Translations under genes and position numbers: made by a program
In this document: positions 61,620-64,000 of the stretch, one piece after another
Numbering within the stretch: the first letter of the stretch is position 1
Layout of the letters: the number at the start of each line of letters is the position of its first letter
Notes under the pieces: generated by a model
Database searches by the model: none
What the model saw: only the letters and a program-made list of their open reading frames with translations
Told to the model about the DNA's origin: nothing
From: Mobula hypostoma
Lineage: Eukaryota
Length of the DNA: 64,000 bases
NCBI RefSeq assembly: GCF_963921235.1
Contig: NC_086108.1
Span: 73,038,001-73,102,000 of the forward strand
Reading direction: 5' to 3'

Positions 61620-64000
61620 ACACAGGCATTCTGAGAGATGTACTGACTCCTCTGCCAGTAAAGAATGGCATCAAATCACTAGAAAGATGTGACAAAGATG
61701 TTGAATCCTTGTGGGTTGAGTTAAGAAACTGCAAGGGTAAAATGACCCTGATGGTTTTTATATACAAGCCTCCCAACAGTAGGTAGGAGGTCCACCACAA
61801 ATTACAACAGGAAATAGAAAAGGCGTGTCAAAAAGGCAATGTTATGATAGTCATGGGAGATTTCAACATACAGGTCGATTGGGAAAATCGGATAGGAAGT
61901 GGATCTCTAGAGACTGAGTTTGCTGAATGCTTATGAACTGGCTTTTTAGAGCAGTTTGTCATTGAGCCTACTAGAGGATCAGTTATACTGGATTGGCTGT
62001 TATGTAATAAAATGAAGGTGATTAGGAAGCTTAAGGCAAAAGAACATTTAGGAGACAGTGATCACAATATGATTGAGTTCAACTTGAAATTTGGTAGGGA
62101 GAAAGTAAAGACTGGCATAACAGTATTCAGTGGAGTAAAGGAAATTACAGTGAAATGAGAGAGGAGTTGACCAAAGTAAATTGAAAGGAGATGTTGGTAG
62201 GAATGAGAGCAGAACAAGATTCCTGGGATGGCGGGACTTTCATATGAAGAAAGACTGGATGAATTGGGCTTGTACTCGTTGGAATTTAGAAGATTGAGGG
62301 GGGATCTGATTGAAACGTATAAGATCCTAAAGGGATTGGACAGGCTAGATGCAGGAAGATTGTTCCCGATGTTGGGGAAGTCCAGAACGAGGGGTCACAG
62401 TTTGAGGATAGAGGGGAAGCCTTTTAGGACCGAGATTAGGAAAAACTTCTTCACACAGAGAGTGGTGAATCTGTGGAATTCTCTGCCACAGGAAACTGTT
62501 GAGGCCAGTTCATTGGCTATATTTAAGAGGGAGTTAGATATGGCCCTTGTGGCTACGGGGGTCAGGGGGTATGGAGGGAAGGCTGGGGCGGGGTTCTGAG
62601 TTGGATGATCAGCCATGATCATAATAAATGGTGGTGTAGGCTCGAAGGGCCGAATGGCCTACTCCTGCACCTATTTTCTATGTTTCTATGTTAAGAATGG
62701 CAATGGTTTCTAGGAAAAATAAGGAAGTTACAGAATAGATGTATTCCACAAACAAAGAAATACTTAAACGGCAAAGTAGTACAACTGTGGCTGACGAGGG
62801 AAGGCAAAGCTATTGTAAAAGCAAAAGAGAGGGCATACAACAAAGCAAAAACTAGTGGGAGACAGAGTACTGGGAAGCTTTTAAAAACCTACAGAGAACA
62901 ACCAAAAGAATCAAAGGGAAAAGATTAAATATGAAAGCAAGCTAGCAAAAAATATCAAAGTGGATAGTAAAAGCTTTTTCAAGTATGTAGAAAATAAAAG
63001 CGAGATGGGAGTGGATATAGGATATAGAAAATGAGGCCAGAGAAATAATAATGGAGGACAAGGTGATGGCAGATGAACTAAATTCGTATTTTGCATCAGC
63101 CTTCACTGTGGAAGGCACTAACAGTGTGCCAGATGTTAAAGGGTGTGAGGGAAGAGAAGTGAGTGCAGTTACTATTACAAGGGAGAAGGTGCTCAAAAAG
63201 CTGAAAGACCTAAGGGTACATAGGTCACCCAGACCAGACAGACTGCACTATAAGGTTCTGAAAAAGGCAGCAGTAGAGATTGTGGAGGCATCAGAAATGA
63301 TCTTTCAAAAATCACTGGACTCTGGCATGGTTCCTGAGGACTGGAAAACTGCAAATGTCACTCCACCCTTTAAGAAAGGAGGAAGGCAGCATAAAGGAAA
63401 TTATAGACCAGTTAGCCTGACCTCAGTGGTTGGGAAGATGTTGAAGTCAATTATTAAGGATGAGGTTAGGGAGTCCTTGGTGACACAGGACGAGATAGGA
63501 CAAAGTCAGCATGGGTTCTTTAAGGGAAAATCAATCTTGCCTGAAATTCTTTGAGGCGATTACACGTAGGATAGATAAAGAGGATGCAGTGGATGTTGTA
63601 CATTTGGACTTTCAGAAGGCCTTTGACAAGGTGCCACACATGAGGCTGTTTACCAACTTAAGAGCCCGTGGGATTACTGGAAGGTTACTGGCATGATTAG
63701 ACTATTGGCTGATTGGTAGGAGGCAGCAAGGGGGAATAGAAGGATCCTTTTCTGGTTGGTTGCCAGAGACTAGTGGTGTTCTGCAGGGGTCGATGTTGGG
63801 ACCGCTTCTTTTTATACCTCATATTAATGATTTGGATGATGGAATATATGTCTTTGTTGCCAAGTTTGCAGATGATACAAAGATTGGGGGAGGGGCAAGT
63901 AGTGTTTAGGAAACATATAGGCTGCAGAAGGACTTAGACAAATTAGGAAAATGGGCAGCAGAGTGGCAAATGAAATATAATGTTGGAAAATGTATGGTCA
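61620..64000 (+). mobile_element. CR1 LINE ORF2 (APE to RT), decayed, runs off the window
   Basis: VMGDFN, LGDSDHNMI, NYRPVSLTSVVGKML, DFQKAFDKVPH, AKFADDTKIG. Confidence 0.9.
62217..62693 (+). mobile_element. Young CR1 family 3' end (copy 4)
   Basis: Open 123-aa C-terminus almost identical to copy 2; flanks agaaca (62211-62216) / agaatg (62694-62699). Confidence 0.92.

Overview
Eukaryotic, repeat-dominated (intron-like or intergenic) DNA. The repeat inventory (CR1/HER1-type LINEs with short tandem tails, Rex1/Babar LINEs, V-SINEs, Penelope-like elements) suggests a cartilaginous fish (inference). Nearly all ORFs in the track are retroelement or transposon remnants, or their antisense frames. 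Identified elements: many 5'-truncated CR1 and Rex1/Babar copies (two with long open RT frames), four young near-identical CR1 3' ends nested in older LINEs, one L1, one RTE, tRNA-derived SINEs, a Tc1-like transposon and a 981-bp Chapaev3-like transposon with intact ends. The most interesting signal is a Penelope-like (GIY-YIG) family at nine loci whose 3' unit carries a minimal type-I hammerhead ribozyme motif. Seven of the nine loci are inverted (hairpin) insertions, from about 130 bp to 1.9 kb, and several have target-site duplications. A second, unrelated Penelope-like family carries its own hammerhead downstream of CCAAT/TATA boxes. Two unique minus-strand segments (near 2.9 kb and 58.6 kb) look like exons of an unidentified host gene. 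Boundaries of old repeats are approximate; TSD and motif coordinates were read by eye.
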